DNA of 64,000 bases from a virus. The stretch covers positions 1,900 through 65,899 of the IMG/VR virus record IMGVR_UViG_3300029183_000001; one strand, given 5' to 3'. Of the stretch, positions 44,705 to 55,371 are shown one piece after another. The notes beneath the pieces were generated by a model that did no database searches, had not been told where the DNA came from, and worked only from the letters and a program-made list of their open reading frames with translations. The position numbers and the translations under genes were made by a program. How positions within the stretch are numbered: position 1 is the stretch's first letter; each line of letters starts with the position of its first letter.

Positions 44705-45175
44705 TCAATACTTATCTCTTTCCTCTTTCTTCTCCCTCCACATTTTACGCCCAAATTTGGCCTGCCTGAAAATATTGAAAGGCTGTGGTACTTTCTCTTT
44801 CGTAAGGTAATCAGCAGCGAAATCAACCACTCCTCTCAAAATATCTCCAATGATTCCTCCTCCACCGGCCAGGATATCCCCCATATTCAATTCCGCGACC
44901 GGCACTCCACCGGCCTGCTCACTGGCCAACATCATCAAATAGGTCTCAACAAGCTCATCTGTCTTCTCATCTTCTGTGAGTTCATCATTCATTTCTGCCG
45001 TGTAAAGCATCCTGAAATTATCACTCACATCCATACTTTCAGCAATGTACTTTTGAACAATATGATTGTTCCTCTCTTCCTCCCTGTATCTGTCTTTCTC
45101 AACGACAACTCTTCCAGATCCACAACTGGATAACATGATCAATGCAACGATCCCTAAAACAATAAATCTCAACAT
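44705..45175 (-). CDS. lipoprotein (spanin or superinfection-exclusion candidate)
   Basis: Lipobox MLRFIVLGIVALIMLSS|C. Confidence 0.7.
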   Translation of the reverse strand: MLRFIVLGIVALIMLSSCGSGRVVVEKDRYREEERNNHIVQKYIAESMDVSDNFRMLYTAEMNDELTEDEKTDELVETYLMMLASEQAGGVPVAELNMGDILAGGGGIIGDILRGVVDFAADYLTKEKVPQPFNIFRQAKFGRKMWREKKEERDKY

Positions 45176-45186
45176 GGTATATAAAT

Positions 45187-48100
45187 TTAAACTTGATAAA
45201 TCACCGATGTGCTGGCATACGGTTTCCCGACTCCATCTATCGGCACTAATACTCTCCTCGCTTCAATATAATCACTCGCTAAATTCTCCTCCTCATTCCA
45301 TCGGATGAATCTGCTATTGGCATCCAAACGATACAAAATGAAATCATCATAGTCTCCTGCAGGAGTGGTGCCAATCCTGTTCATTCTTTGTGCTCCAAAC
45401 TCATTGATATACTCGAGTGATGCAGTCGGTGCAACACTTGTATAACTATCAACCCTGAATAATCCCGTCACTGGTATCGGATCACAAGCATCATTAAAAT
45501 CAATCTCCGCATAAAATTCCAAATCAGTGGTAACATCAACGATTTCCACATCCGGGGTATATGGTATCGCGCTCTGGCCAACTGGATTATAAGTGACAGA
45601 GCTCAGCACATATGTGTTATTGATCTGCCCTCCAATGTCTGCTTTCACCACCAACTCATTGTCTTCGTTCTTAAAGCTCTCAAATACCCATTCAGGTTGA
45701 TCCGTGATACATGGGTTTATCACAATCCTGGGAGTCAATACATCATCACAAGTCTCTCCCTGGAAGTCATCAAATGAAGTGTCTGCCCACACCTCAACCT
45801 CATTCGTTAAATTGTCCACAAAGGAGGTCAATGATGTGTCTTGTGGAATTGTGACCACTGTTTGGCTCCCCAACTCCTGATAATAGAACTGAGCATTATT
45901 CAAAACTGAATTAAAGGATCCAGAGATTGATAAATTGATTCTATTATCTACAATCGAATAGTTCACAACCGGGAAGTTCATACATCTCCCTTCTTGGACA
46001 ACCGCCACTCCACACGCGCTTATGTTCCCACTATACTTCACAAAGGTTATCGGAGTGGTCAACCCCTTTCCAAATATGTTATCTCGGATCTGTGTAACCC
46101 TCCATAGATCCGGTTTCCCATCAACCGTAATCTTATACAACTTCCTCAAATTGAATGATCTAAAATCTTCATCACTCAAATGGGCCAATAAATCCAAGGT
46201 CGGCTCATTGACCTCCTCATGCAATGCCCTTTTATGCATCTGCTCATAAATCATGAATCCATAATATTGGGGCAGATATCCAATGGCAAGGCTCCTGAAA
46301 TCCAGGGTATCGATTGACCACCTGGCCGGAGAATTCACATTGTTACTTTCTTCACTGGCCCACAAAGCTCCCATGTATGCACTTGGAATCAACGTGCTTG
46401 TCTCATTCCCTCTCTTTACAGACCTATGAGGAAGAGGGATAGCCGCATTTACTACGAATCCGTGTTGGATCACTCCCTGTGCCAATAACAATCTCGGCCC
46501 TATATCCAGGTGATGCACCAACTCCTCTTCACTTCCCCCATACATTCTCGGTATGATCAAATTCAAGCTCTTTACATTGTCATATGAAATTATGCTGCCG
46601 GAGATTCCAGGGAGGTTGTAATTCACATCTACCAATTCAGTGTAAGGGGCCATTCTCACATGCGCTGTTGGCTCAAAGAATTTATTTTCACGATCATCCG
46701 GCTCAATATCCAAATAATCTTCCCCCCTATCCAATAGGCGACTGTACAATGGCTCATCCAAATTCAACCCCTTGATATATGAATCAGTGGACTCCTTCCA
46801 CGCAGTCCGAATATACCGCGGCCCCTCTTTGTCTGGGTAATCGATTAAAGGAGAATCCGGTACAACCTTCTCATCAAAATCAATCGGATCTGTCACATCA
46901 TAAAACCCCTCTACTGAATCTCCCCTTATAATCAAATCATACGGACTTCTCGCTGTAACAGTCCTTGATCCATGGTCTGTTTCAAACTTCCATTGAAACG
47001 CTTTTGTCAGCCCTTTAAAAGTATCCTCGATCTTATAATTCTGTCCAATCAACTCACTGACTTCATACACTTCATTCAGCTGGAGATAAACCGCCTGGGC
47101 TGTATACGAAATATTACTTTCTGCCTTACGTATGATTTTGGCCTCTGGATCTTTGGTGAAATACTCCACATGAATCCTCTGCAGATCAAATGCAGGGACG
47201 TTGTCGGCCTTTAACTCAAATTCTTCGATCTCATCATCCGGTGTCTTTCTGCTTATTTCTCTCTCATCCAGGATCACAACTTTCTCCACCGCTGCCTCAT
47301 TCGTCCTTCTTACTAACTGGAATTTCACAACATGGTCAGAATTAAGCTCCGTGATATCGCACTTGATTTCCGCTTTAATTGAAACTTCACAATTACCAAT
47401 AAAACTTCCCTCATGAATGTGAGGTATCGTCTTCAGATTTCCTTTGACATTCTGCATGATGGTCTCAAACCCATACTTCCTAACAGAATCAGTAATCAAC
47501 TCCTCTCCTGAATCAACCGCCATTCTCGCAACTGCAGAATGCGCAGTTCTGAGATCTTGGTTCCTTCCCATCTTTGGATCTAACAGATATGCCCACAACC
47601 GCTTCCCTCCATCATTCTCAAATAACGGGCACTCAAACCTCCATCCCCACTCACAAAATGCCTTGTCAACCAAATACGGTATGGAGAATAATGGCCTTTG
47701 CGCTGCATCCGGAACAAGTAACGCCTCATTATCATCATCTCCACATCCTTCAAAATCACCATAATCGGCCAATACTTGCCAAGTGAAATCAGTCCCATTA
47801 TAGATATACGAATCATGCAATTGCTGAGTCGTCTTGATTGTGTGAGTATACTGCCCCAAATTCGTCAGATCCTTCCAATACACCCCTTTCATCTTCTTCG
47901 CCCAATGGTTCTTATAAAACCCAATGCCGATCTGGATTCCCTCTCCTCCCCCTGATTTATCAATGATCATTTCTGCAGTTGAGTCCACATCAGATCCAGT
48001 GATAAAATCGATCTCCACATTATCATAATTCTCCTTCTGGTCAACAACCGTCAACTCATTATGAAGCAATGCGATATTCTTTGCTGTTTTAGGTAATGCG

Positions 48101-48276
48101 AATGCCAGGACATAATCAAATTTGATCATATCAGCTTCTGTCAATTCCTCTACAACCTTCGTCCGGCTTAACTCAAAATCAGCAGGCATATCCAGGTACA
48201 AACTCCCATCCCCTGAATAATGATGATTAGCCACATTTAGAGGCTCTTTCCGGAGTCTGATTTTCACATCACTCAT
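45187..48276 (-). CDS. putative tail tip/hub protein
   Basis: 1029 aa, two genes downstream of tape measure, beta-rich C-terminal domains. Confidence 0.65.
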   Translation of the reverse strand: MSDVKIRLRKEPLNVANHHYSGDGSLYLDMPADFELSRTKVVEELTEADMIKFDYVLAFALPKTAKNIALLHNELTVVDQKENYDNVEIDFITGSDVDSTAEMIIDKSGGGEGIQIGIGFYKNHWAKKMKGVYWKDLTNLGQYTHTIKTTQQLHDSYIYNGTDFTWQVLADYGDFEGCGDDDNEALLVPDAAQRPLFSIPYLVDKAFCEWGWRFECPLFENDGGKRLWAYLLDPKMGRNQDLRTAHSAVARMAVDSGEELITDSVRKYGFETIMQNVKGNLKTIPHIHEGSFIGNCEVSIKAEIKCDITELNSDHVVKFQLVRRTNEAAVEKVVILDEREISRKTPDDEIEEFELKADNVPAFDLQRIHVEYFTKDPEAKIIRKAESNISYTAQAVYLQLNEVYEVSELIGQNYKIEDTFKGLTKAFQWKFETDHGSRTVTARSPYDLIIRGDSVEGFYDVTDPIDFDEKVVPDSPLIDYPDKEGPRYIRTAWKESTDSYIKGLNLDEPLYSRLLDRGEDYLDIEPDDRENKFFEPTAHVRMAPYTELVDVNYNLPGISGSIISYDNVKSLNLIIPRMYGGSEEELVHHLDIGPRLLLAQGVIQHGFVVNAAIPLPHRSVKRGNETSTLIPSAYMGALWASEESNNVNSPARWSIDTLDFRSLAIGYLPQYYGFMIYEQMHKRALHEEVNEPTLDLLAHLSDEDFRSFNLRKLYKITVDGKPDLWRVTQIRDNIFGKGLTTPITFVKYSGNISACGVAVVQEGRCMNFPVVNYSIVDNRINLSISGSFNSVLNNAQFYYQELGSQTVVTIPQDTSLTSFVDNLTNEVEVWADTSFDDFQGETCDDVLTPRIVINPCITDQPEWVFESFKNEDNELVVKADIGGQINNTYVLSSVTYNPVGQSAIPYTPDVEIVDVTTDLEFYAEIDFNDACDPIPVTGLFRVDSYTSVAPTASLEYINEFGAQRMNRIGTTPAGDYDDFILYRLDANSRFIRWNEEENLASDYIEARRVLVPIDGVGKPYASTSVIYQV

Positions 48277-48466
48277 TAAGCCACTCTTTTAGTTTCTTCT
48301 TACTCAATATATGCAGGTTTTCATTGAGGCATCTAACTCCAACAAATTTTCCTCCTATCCAAATTATAATCCCTTCGTCATTCCTAATCTCCCCATCATC
48401 TTGCAACACTTTGACGAATACAGTTTCGCCAACTTTCAAATCAATATATGCTATTCGGTGCATCAT
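48269..48466 (-). CDS. small SH3-like hypothetical protein
   Basis: LKVGETVFV...GIIIWIG. Confidence 0.55.
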   Translation of the reverse strand: MMHRIAYIDLKVGETVFVKVLQDDGEIRNDEGIIIWIGGKFVGVRCLNENLHILSKKKLKEWLNE

Positions 48467-49613
48467 CTACTGTAAGGATCTCAAAACTCGCTCTAAAGAA
48501 CAATTCTCTCTTCCTCACGAATGTACCGTATGTTCCTGGCACCAAGCCAACACTCACTTCCACTCCTCTCATATGTGCTATGTATGACTTGCTTTTAATA
48601 AACACTTCCAACCATTTCTTCCAATCCTGATCCATTGGGATCTTTTTCACCAGGGAAATAATGTTCTGTCCTGGCTTATCAACTATCCTCGGCCCTGCCT
48701 CCAATCTCCCCACACTGGAAAACCCTGCATGCCCATCCACATCAACCCTCGCCCTGGATTCGACAAATGAGATGTTTCCGTTTTCTGCATATTCAAATGA
48801 TATCGAACTGTACCCTCCATCATACTCCTGGAAGATGACAGGAACGGCCTCATCTGAATAATCAATCATGTACTTAAATGTGAAGTCCGGATCTCCCGAA
48901 ACCGGCCCATTCCAAGCCTGTACAATATAGAACTCAACATTGCTCCATCCTGGATAGGTCAATATGTTCTTAGGTCCAATTCCAATACTCCTTACATCCG
49001 CTCCGCTTGTGACCTCCAACGTGTTCACCAATTGATTCCTGTCAGCATCATATCCATTTACCCGGACAACACAATTCTCCAGGGCATATAAAAAGTCCTC
49101 ACAGTTGCTCGATGATGGAATTAGGCATGGTCTCTGCGTTAAGATCTCGGAAGCTGCAATTGCTCCCCTGGTGTCATACCACCTCTGTACTGAGTTGAAA
49201 ACCCGGATGACTGTTGTGTCCAACTGTGATCCAACAATCACCTCGGCACAGGTATTCAGATCTGTGCTGACCTCCCAATATTTGATCTTTATATCGACCC
49301 ACATTCCAACCTCTTCCCGGGCATCTGGTATGGTCCCGGTCACGCCTGCCCCCAAGTTCGGTATTGGTGTGAACAAATTCGCGAATGCCTCTCTCTTAAT
49401 TGAGATCGCAAAGTTTCCGGTATTCCTGGGATCAAACTGCAGATTCTTCTTACTGATTTGCACCTCCGATCCACTTACAACCTTGTAGATCTTATATCCA
49501 AATGAAATCTTCGTGTTAACGAGATCTCCAACACTTGTCAGATTAAATACAAATTCCAGATTGTCGCTCAACCTGGATCTCACATTAGGTTCAGATACTA
49601 CATTGATCGCCAT
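48441..49613 (-). CDS. putative distal tail protein
   Basis: Directly after tape measure; FQEYDGGYSSISF. Confidence 0.6.
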   Translation of the reverse strand: MAINVVSEPNVRSRLSDNLEFVFNLTSVGDLVNTKISFGYKIYKVVSGSEVQISKKNLQFDPRNTGNFAISIKREAFANLFTPIPNLGAGVTGTIPDAREEVGMWVDIKIKYWEVSTDLNTCAEVIVGSQLDTTVIRVFNSVQRWYDTRGAIAASEILTQRPCLIPSSSNCEDFLYALENCVVRVNGYDADRNQLVNTLEVTSGADVRSIGIGPKNILTYPGWSNVEFYIVQAWNGPVSGDPDFTFKYMIDYSDEAVPVIFQEYDGGYSSISFEYAENGNISFVESRARVDVDGHAGFSSVGRLEAGPRIVDKPGQNIISLVKKIPMDQDWKKWLEVFIKSKSYIAHMRGVEVSVGLVPGTYGTFVRKRELFFRASFEILTVDDAPNSIY

Positions 49614-49614
49614 C

Positions 49615-52600
49615 CTATATCTGGTTTAATCGAATTGAAAGTAATTCCCTTTCCTCTCTTCTGTTCTGGGCATTCAATGAAGCTCCCATTGCTCTCGTCA
49701 CTTTTCGGACTGTCTGATCATTCAACTTCTTATTCTCTTCTCCTATTCCTTCGATGAGATAATCAAAATCATCTTTGGCGAATCCCTGCGGATCCGCAAC
49801 TCGTACATCTGACGGTGACACAGTTTGGGGTATAAATGCTCCATCCTGGGCATACATAGCCTCTCCAGGTACACCGATCTGCGCAAATACATCATTCCCA
49901 TATATCGCTTTGGCCTTCTTCACCTGGGCCTTATTCATGATCACCTCTCCTCCTTCCGCTTCTCCAACATACGCTCTTCCACCCTTTCTTAATACAAACG
50001 GTACTCCTCCTTTACTATGGCTCGGGCCTCGGATCTCCCCGCCAGTCTTAGCCGGAAAATCAATTGCTCCTCCCCCTGCATAGGTTCCCAATGACGCCTG
50101 TCCAATCCCTTCCAACATATCCAGAAAACCGCCATCCTTAAAATTGATCAACCCTCTCAATCCCCTGATCAATCCTAATACTAATCCTTGGGCTACAAGT
50201 CCCTGGGGCAAACCAAACAAACCTTTGGTTCCTAATTCTACGGCAAACGCAGCAATCGCATTCGCCCTAATCGCATTCTCCAGGACATCAAGCAAGATCC
50301 CAAGCACAGCCAACCCAAACGCCCTCATGGCATCTTCCTGTCCAGAAAACAACAACGAAAATGCCTCTCCCAACTGTTCGAATCCTTCTTGATATGCTCG
50401 GTTTAAATCATCCTGAATCCTTTGTTGTTCTGCAGCCGCATCCTCTGCCGCCTCGGTCTGCGCTTCATTCTGGATCTTTGATATCTCCCCTCTCTTTTTT
50501 GCATTCTCTAACAACAATGCATTCCTCTCCGCTTCATGCAATCTCTCATTCTCCAAAAGGAGATTATTTGAATTGATCTGCCCTTGAAGTTTTATGATTC
50601 TCAACTGCCTCTGTAACTCCTCCTCATTCTCGATAGTGGAAATAGCTGCAAGCCTGGCCGCATCCGTTGCTCCTTGAATCTGCAACAACCCCAACTTCTC
50701 CTCATCAACTCTCTTCTTCTCCTCTCTCTTCTTGAAATTCTGATCCTCCTTATCGATGGCCTCCTTTCTCTTCTGCTCGATGATGGCAATTTGTGCATCA
50801 AGCGATTCATTTAGTAACTTCTTCTGCTCTTCAATCTGCTCCGGAGTTCCTGAAAGGCCAACTATTTCTCTCCCCACTCTTGTTCTAAGCTCTGCTATCT
50901 TTCTGTCGAAATCATCATTAATCAATGAATTTCTAAGATCCTCAATCTTTTTTACCGCGTTCTGCTCATCCTTAATCCGTTGTGCCTCCCTTCTCTCCGC
51001 ATCTCTTCTTTCCTTTTCGGCCCTCGCCTTGGCATCCCGCTCTGCCTTCCTCTCCTTCCTTTTTCTGTCAGCCTCTTCCTGCTTCTCTTTTTCCCTCTTC
51101 TCCTTGGCAATTCTCTTGTCTTCCTCCTCCCTCAACTTCTTCTCCTCCTTCTTCTTTTTATTGAACTCCGCGAGCCCTCCTGTATCTTCTGACTCAACAC
51201 TTTCTAATCCAGCCAACTCCGTGACACCCTTGATTATTTCGTTATTCAGCTTCTCCTGTGCAACCCTCGCTTCATTCAGATCCTTGGCATATTCTGGAAG
51301 ATTCTGAGTCCAGAACTGCCACCACGTGATCTCTCCTTCATTGACTGCCCTGGCGACTTCAAAAAAGCCCTGCCTAAAACCTTTTAAGTGTAGGTTTGCT
51401 TTAGTGAAAAATCCCTCCCCTGAATCAATAGACAATAAATAATTCTCATATGCCACTGTCGCCTGCTGTGCGGCAAATGCTGCCGTGTCCGTGTTTATGG
51501 ATGACTGCTCTAAAGCATTCCCCACATCATTTAGAGCTCCATCCAATTCATTTATCGCGTCCACCTGTTCGATAACGATAGCGGCACTTGTAACTCCCTT
51601 CTCTCCAAATATGTCGAGTAATTCGAGATAATCCAGGTTCGCATCAGCAAGGTTGTTTATCGCACCGACACCGCCAACAATGGAAGGATTGAATTCATCC
51701 CTTCCTGTTTTGGCCAGCCTATTCAATACTTGTCGATATGCTGTCCCTGCATCTGCTCCTTCCTTTCCTCCTTTAGCAAACCCCTGGAGAATCGCTAAAC
51801 TATCCTCCAAAGTCACATTCAATGCTGCAGCTGCCGGCCCTCCATTCTTTAATGATTCCGTCAACGCCTCAACTCTCGCGGTTCCTTTCTGCTGAGCCGT
51901 GGCCAGGATATCTGTAACCTGTCCTGCCCTGTTAGCAGACAGGTTATAAATGTTCATTGTTTTGGTCACAGCCTCAACCGCCTGATTCAATTCAAGTCCA
52001 CCGGCCCTTTGCAATATGATTGCCTGTTTGGTGACCTCTTCTAAAGCACTGGGAATCTTTAACAATTCGGGAGCCGCAGAACCAACCAGGGCAAAGGCAT
52101 TGTTAATATCCTTCGCGCTTATCGAAAGTTGACGAGACAAATCAATTGACCTGCTTTTTAGATCCTCCAACATCTCTCCCGTCAACCCTGTAATTGACTC
52201 CAACTTTTTAAACGACTCATTATATTCCGCAGAAACACGGGTTCCATCTCTCATGATCCCGGCAAGCCCTCTGGTTATCCCGGCAATAGCTGCCAATGGC
52301 CCTGCATAGGTAAGCATCCTTTGCGTCGCAATTCCCATATTCTGCCCTAATGATCCCTGCCCACGTATAGCCATCACAATGGCCTCATTGTAATTGCCGA
52401 TATTGCTGGTGAAATCACCCATCTGCTTATCCTGCCTCCTTACCTCATCTCTCAATGATTTAGACCTGGCCTTGGCTTGCTCATAAGTGATTCCCAACTC
52501 ACCAATCACTTTGTTATTCTTCCTTACATCTTCAGTCTGAGATCTGATCACTCTTCTCAACTCAGCCGCTTCCCTGGCCATCCCCTCAACTGAATCTTTC

Positions 52601-52863
52601 GGTATGGCCTTCCCGAACTTCTGCCAGTCTGACACCTGTTTTCGGATCTCCCTTCCCAATCTCTTCTTCTCCTCCCTGATAGCGATCTGGGTAGTCTTAT
52701 AATCCTTATACGTGTCCGTGGTTTGTTTCCCCTGCTTTTTTAATTCTCGGAGATTCCTGGTGACCACGGCCAATCGGTTATCCAATTTGGCCATCTCACT
52801 GATCGAACTTGAAGCATTCAATCGAAGGGCTAATACAATTTGTTCCTCTCCTCCAGGGGGCAT
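49615..52863 (-). CDS. tail tape measure protein (TP901 family)
   Basis: 1082 aa, helical; SAKDINNAFALVGSA, TDILATAQQKGTA, GADAGTAYRQVL; C-terminal FKDGG...GPSHSKGG...AEGGE. Confidence 0.93.
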   Translation of the reverse strand: MPPGGEEQIVLALRLNASSSISEMAKLDNRLAVVTRNLRELKKQGKQTTDTYKDYKTTQIAIREEKKRLGREIRKQVSDWQKFGKAIPKDSVEGMAREAAELRRVIRSQTEDVRKNNKVIGELGITYEQAKARSKSLRDEVRRQDKQMGDFTSNIGNYNEAIVMAIRGQGSLGQNMGIATQRMLTYAGPLAAIAGITRGLAGIMRDGTRVSAEYNESFKKLESITGLTGEMLEDLKSRSIDLSRQLSISAKDINNAFALVGSAAPELLKIPSALEEVTKQAIILQRAGGLELNQAVEAVTKTMNIYNLSANRAGQVTDILATAQQKGTARVEALTESLKNGGPAAAALNVTLEDSLAILQGFAKGGKEGADAGTAYRQVLNRLAKTGRDEFNPSIVGGVGAINNLADANLDYLELLDIFGEKGVTSAAIVIEQVDAINELDGALNDVGNALEQSSINTDTAAFAAQQATVAYENYLLSIDSGEGFFTKANLHLKGFRQGFFEVARAVNEGEITWWQFWTQNLPEYAKDLNEARVAQEKLNNEIIKGVTELAGLESVESEDTGGLAEFNKKKKEEKKLREEEDKRIAKEKREKEKQEEADRKRKERKAERDAKARAEKERRDAERREAQRIKDEQNAVKKIEDLRNSLINDDFDRKIAELRTRVGREIVGLSGTPEQIEEQKKLLNESLDAQIAIIEQKRKEAIDKEDQNFKKREEKKRVDEEKLGLLQIQGATDAARLAAISTIENEEELQRQLRIIKLQGQINSNNLLLENERLHEAERNALLLENAKKRGEISKIQNEAQTEAAEDAAAEQQRIQDDLNRAYQEGFEQLGEAFSLLFSGQEDAMRAFGLAVLGILLDVLENAIRANAIAAFAVELGTKGLFGLPQGLVAQGLVLGLIRGLRGLINFKDGGFLDMLEGIGQASLGTYAGGGAIDFPAKTGGEIRGPSHSKGGVPFVLRKGGRAYVGEAEGGEVIMNKAQVKKAKAIYGNDVFAQIGVPGEAMYAQDGAFIPQTVSPSDVRVADPQGFAKDDFDYLIEGIGEENKKLNDQTVRKVTRAMGASLNAQNRREERELLSIRLNQI

Positions 52864-52882
52864 ATCATTGACCTTTGCTCTT

Positions 52883-52890
52883 CAAAGTTA
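52883..52890 (-). promoter_or_regulatory. TAACTTTG -7 element upstream of tape measure gene
   Basis: + strand caaagtta about 20 bp before the start codon. Confidence 0.5.
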
Positions 52891-52910
52891 GCAAATTTGG
52901 TCACACAAAT

Positions 52911-52934
52911 AAAAAACCCCGGCATTCACCGGGG
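52911..52934 (-). terminator. intrinsic terminator
   Basis: minus strand ccccgg-tgaatg-ccgggg-tttttt. Confidence 0.8.
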
Positions 52935-52993
52935 CTGTCTGGCTTCCTACACTTCAAGGAGGTGACCGCGACATGGGTCCCTGCAAAGTTCTT

Positions 52994-53025
52994 AAAAGGG
53001 GTTCATGCAATCACTTGAACCCCTT
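52994..53025 (-). terminator. perfect 10-bp hairpin, terminator-like
   Basis: aaggggttca-N10-tgaacccctt. Confidence 0.6.
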
Positions 53026-53119
53026 GTCTGTATGAAAAAAAAATCTGACGTTCATTGTTTGACTCCTAACTCATCCAGAAAATGGATATACAAAATCACA
53101 ATTCCAATTCCAAAGATGA

Positions 53120-53395
53120 TCATACCAATAATTCCTTCTCCTCTTTCAAAATTAATAAATCTTCTGTCAATGACTCAACATCACTCTCCAAATCTTCGAT
53201 CTTATTATTCGCCTCCTCCAGCTGATCATGCAACTCATTCCCCCATTCTCTTAGCTCTGTGTTGATGTCTCTGACAATTTCCAATAAATCCTTCTCATGC
53301 TCCACATTCTCAAAATGGGCCTCTCCCAACTCTTCTAATCGGTTGATAACTCGATTTATATAAGAACAGGTATATGGTTGCCCTGAATGATCCAT
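53120..53395 (-). CDS. hypothetical coiled-coil protein
   Basis: 91-aa acidic heptad ORF. Confidence 0.7.
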   Translation of the reverse strand: MDHSGQPYTCSYINRVINRLEELGEAHFENVEHEKDLLEIVRDINTELREWGNELHDQLEEANNKIEDLESDVESLTEDLLILKEEKELLV

Positions 53396-53773
53396 CTACT
53401 TTTTATTGATCAAATTTTGATAGATCCAATCTAAACCTCTCTTAATCCAATCATTCTGAGATCTGATCAACAACTTGCCTCCCTTTGGGTAGTAATCAAC
53501 TGTTCCGAATCCATCCACCTGGAAACTAAAACTCCCATTTTCTCTTTCTTGAACCGGGGTCAATTCCTGGATCTTTGGAAGATGAACATGTATAAACTTA
53601 TCCTCCTTCTCATCCCTTCTTTGCTTGATTGAATCCTTAAACTCTTTCCAATCCTGAGACCCCATAATACTTAGATATTTGAGTTGTAAAAATCGCCTTA
53701 ACCTTCCCCACTCTGATCCAATCCCTGGAATCAAATATTTTTTGAAATGAATCCATATAGACCAACTTATCAT
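53396..53773 (-). CDS. hypothetical protein (true start probably MGSQDW)
   Basis: GTVDYYPKGGKLLIRSQNDWIKRGL. Confidence 0.65.
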   Translation of the reverse strand: MISWSIWIHFKKYLIPGIGSEWGRLRRFLQLKYLSIMGSQDWKEFKDSIKQRRDEKEDKFIHVHLPKIQELTPVQERENGSFSFQVDGFGTVDYYPKGGKLLIRSQNDWIKRGLDWIYQNLINKK

Positions 53774-54044
53774 TACTCTTCACACAGTGCCGTATAACAA
53801 ATCTTTTGAGCCGCCTTTGGGTAGATTCCTTGAACAACACAACCAACCCTTCACTCTCCCCTTCTTCATCGAACTCACAAAACAAATAATCACCATCTGA
53901 GATAGGGTGCATCTTTCCAATTCCCCTGTCTGCACTGGCGATCATCAAAAATGTATTCTCTGCCGATCCTGGGAGCAATTTGGAAGAGAAAGGTATATGA
54001 TCCTTCGCCCTTCCAAATGCTCTTCTAATCTCATCTCTATTCAC
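53637..54044 (-). CDS. hypothetical protein
   Basis: 135-aa ORF. Confidence 0.65.
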   Translation of the reverse strand: MNRDEIRRAFGRAKDHIPFSSKLLPGSAENTFLMIASADRGIGKMHPISDGDYLFCEFDEEGESEGLVVLFKESTQRRLKRFVIRHCVKSNDKLVYMDSFQKIFDSRDWIRVGKVKAIFTTQISKYYGVSGLERV

Positions 54045-54333
54045 TCGGTTCCTTTTTGAGATCTTCGACTGCCTCCCTCGCTCTGTCCTCCATTCTCATA
54101 TGGGTCAATTTCCCTTTCAGGATATTAACTAACTGCTCATCCATTTTATCATCCTCTCCCTTCTCTTCTTTATGGGCCATCTTCCCCTTATCAAACATCT
54201 CTTTCGGTATTCCTATGGTCTCAACCATCATCTTCTCGGCAAATTTTTCAAGCATGCTTCTGGTGTTCAATACGGTTCCCAATCCTTCCAATAATAGACG
54301 GTATTCGTCTTCTGTAAAAATTCTGTTACTCAT
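54037..54333 (-). CDS. hypothetical protein
   Basis: 98-aa ORF. Confidence 0.7.
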   Translation of the reverse strand: MSNRIFTEDEYRLLLEGLGTVLNTRSMLEKFAEKMMVETIGIPKEMFDKGKMAHKEEKGEDDKMDEQLVNILKGKLTHMRMEDRAREAVEDLKKEPSE

Positions 54334-54345
54334 AATTCCAATTAT

Positions 54346-55371
54346 TTAAGTTGGCCCACAACTATCCCCAAAGGCTCCAATGGGCATCGTCCATGTTCCG
54401 GTGAATATATCTCCATAATATACTTTGCTTCGAGCCAGGGCCAACATCTCTCCTTCCACACCCTCATACGCCTCTCCCCTGACAATCAACTCTTCTAAGC
54501 TCTCATTTCTCTTAATCGTGACTCCCCATCCCTCTTCCATCGCCATCAACTGGAATCCTATCAACGGACTCACTTTGAATGCGCTTGCCATCTGATTAGC
54601 TCCTCCGAATATACAGAACTGGCAAGAACATCTCGACCAACCCATGTAATAACAGGGATGCACAACCACATTCCATCTTTTGATGATTTCCCAAACCTCT
54701 CCTTCCTTCCAATCTTTAATCGGTCTCCATCTGTCAACATGCCGATCCTTCTTCCCCTTGGTGACTGTACGACTCCTATACTTCCCTTTGACCTTATATC
54801 GAATCGTTCTCTCTCCCTGGAAACGGTTATCCGTTCTATCCTTATGGAATGGGTCATAGCAAGCCCTCTGCGCACTCTCCTCTCCTCTTTCACCTGACAC
54901 AATCAAAATCCTGGAATTATGAAACCTCTTTTGGTTGGCGATCGCAGCACTGTACACATCAATCTTAAGATAAGCAGAGCACCAACGCTGTGTCAGATCT
55001 CCGCTCACCTGTGGGAACATCCTCCGCGTTGATAACTTGCCTCCTCTTCCCCCAACTGTCTCTCTCTTTCCACCTGGGATCTCAAATGTAATCGGGGCTG
55101 TTCTCTCCTCACACCTGGATGCCTCCCCCATAAATCCACCCTCCTTCCAACTGAAATAAATGGGGATCTCAAACGCCTCCGCAAACTTCCGGCAATAATC
55201 CTCAGTACACGCCCAATCCATCAATGTCATCTCTTCGGGCGACCCATCCACCAAGTGATGCCACAACTCAATCTTCTCCTTTGGTATACCCAGTTCCAAT
55301 AAATGAAGAAGGCAAGCGGTTGAATCCTTTCCTCCTGAGAACACCAGTATGTATTTATCATATCCTTTCAC
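54346..55371 (-). CDS. PAPS reductase / PP-loop family protein
   Basis: PP-loop FSGGKDS, RWCSAYLKI, SGERGEESAQRA, RPIKDW...VW, HPCYYMGWSRCSCQFC. Confidence 0.88.
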   Translation of the reverse strand: MKGYDKYILVFSGGKDSTACLLHLLELGIPKEKIELWHHLVDGSPEEMTLMDWACTEDYCRKFAEAFEIPIYFSWKEGGFMGEASRCEERTAPITFEIPGGKRETVGGRGGKLSTRRMFPQVSGDLTQRWCSAYLKIDVYSAAIANQKRFHNSRILIVSGERGEESAQRACYDPFHKDRTDNRFQGERTIRYKVKGKYRSRTVTKGKKDRHVDRWRPIKDWKEGEVWEIIKRWNVVVHPCYYMGWSRCSCQFCIFGGANQMASAFKVSPLIGFQLMAMEEGWGVTIKRNESLEELIVRGEAYEGVEGEMLALARSKVYYGDIFTGTWTMPIGAFGDSCGPT

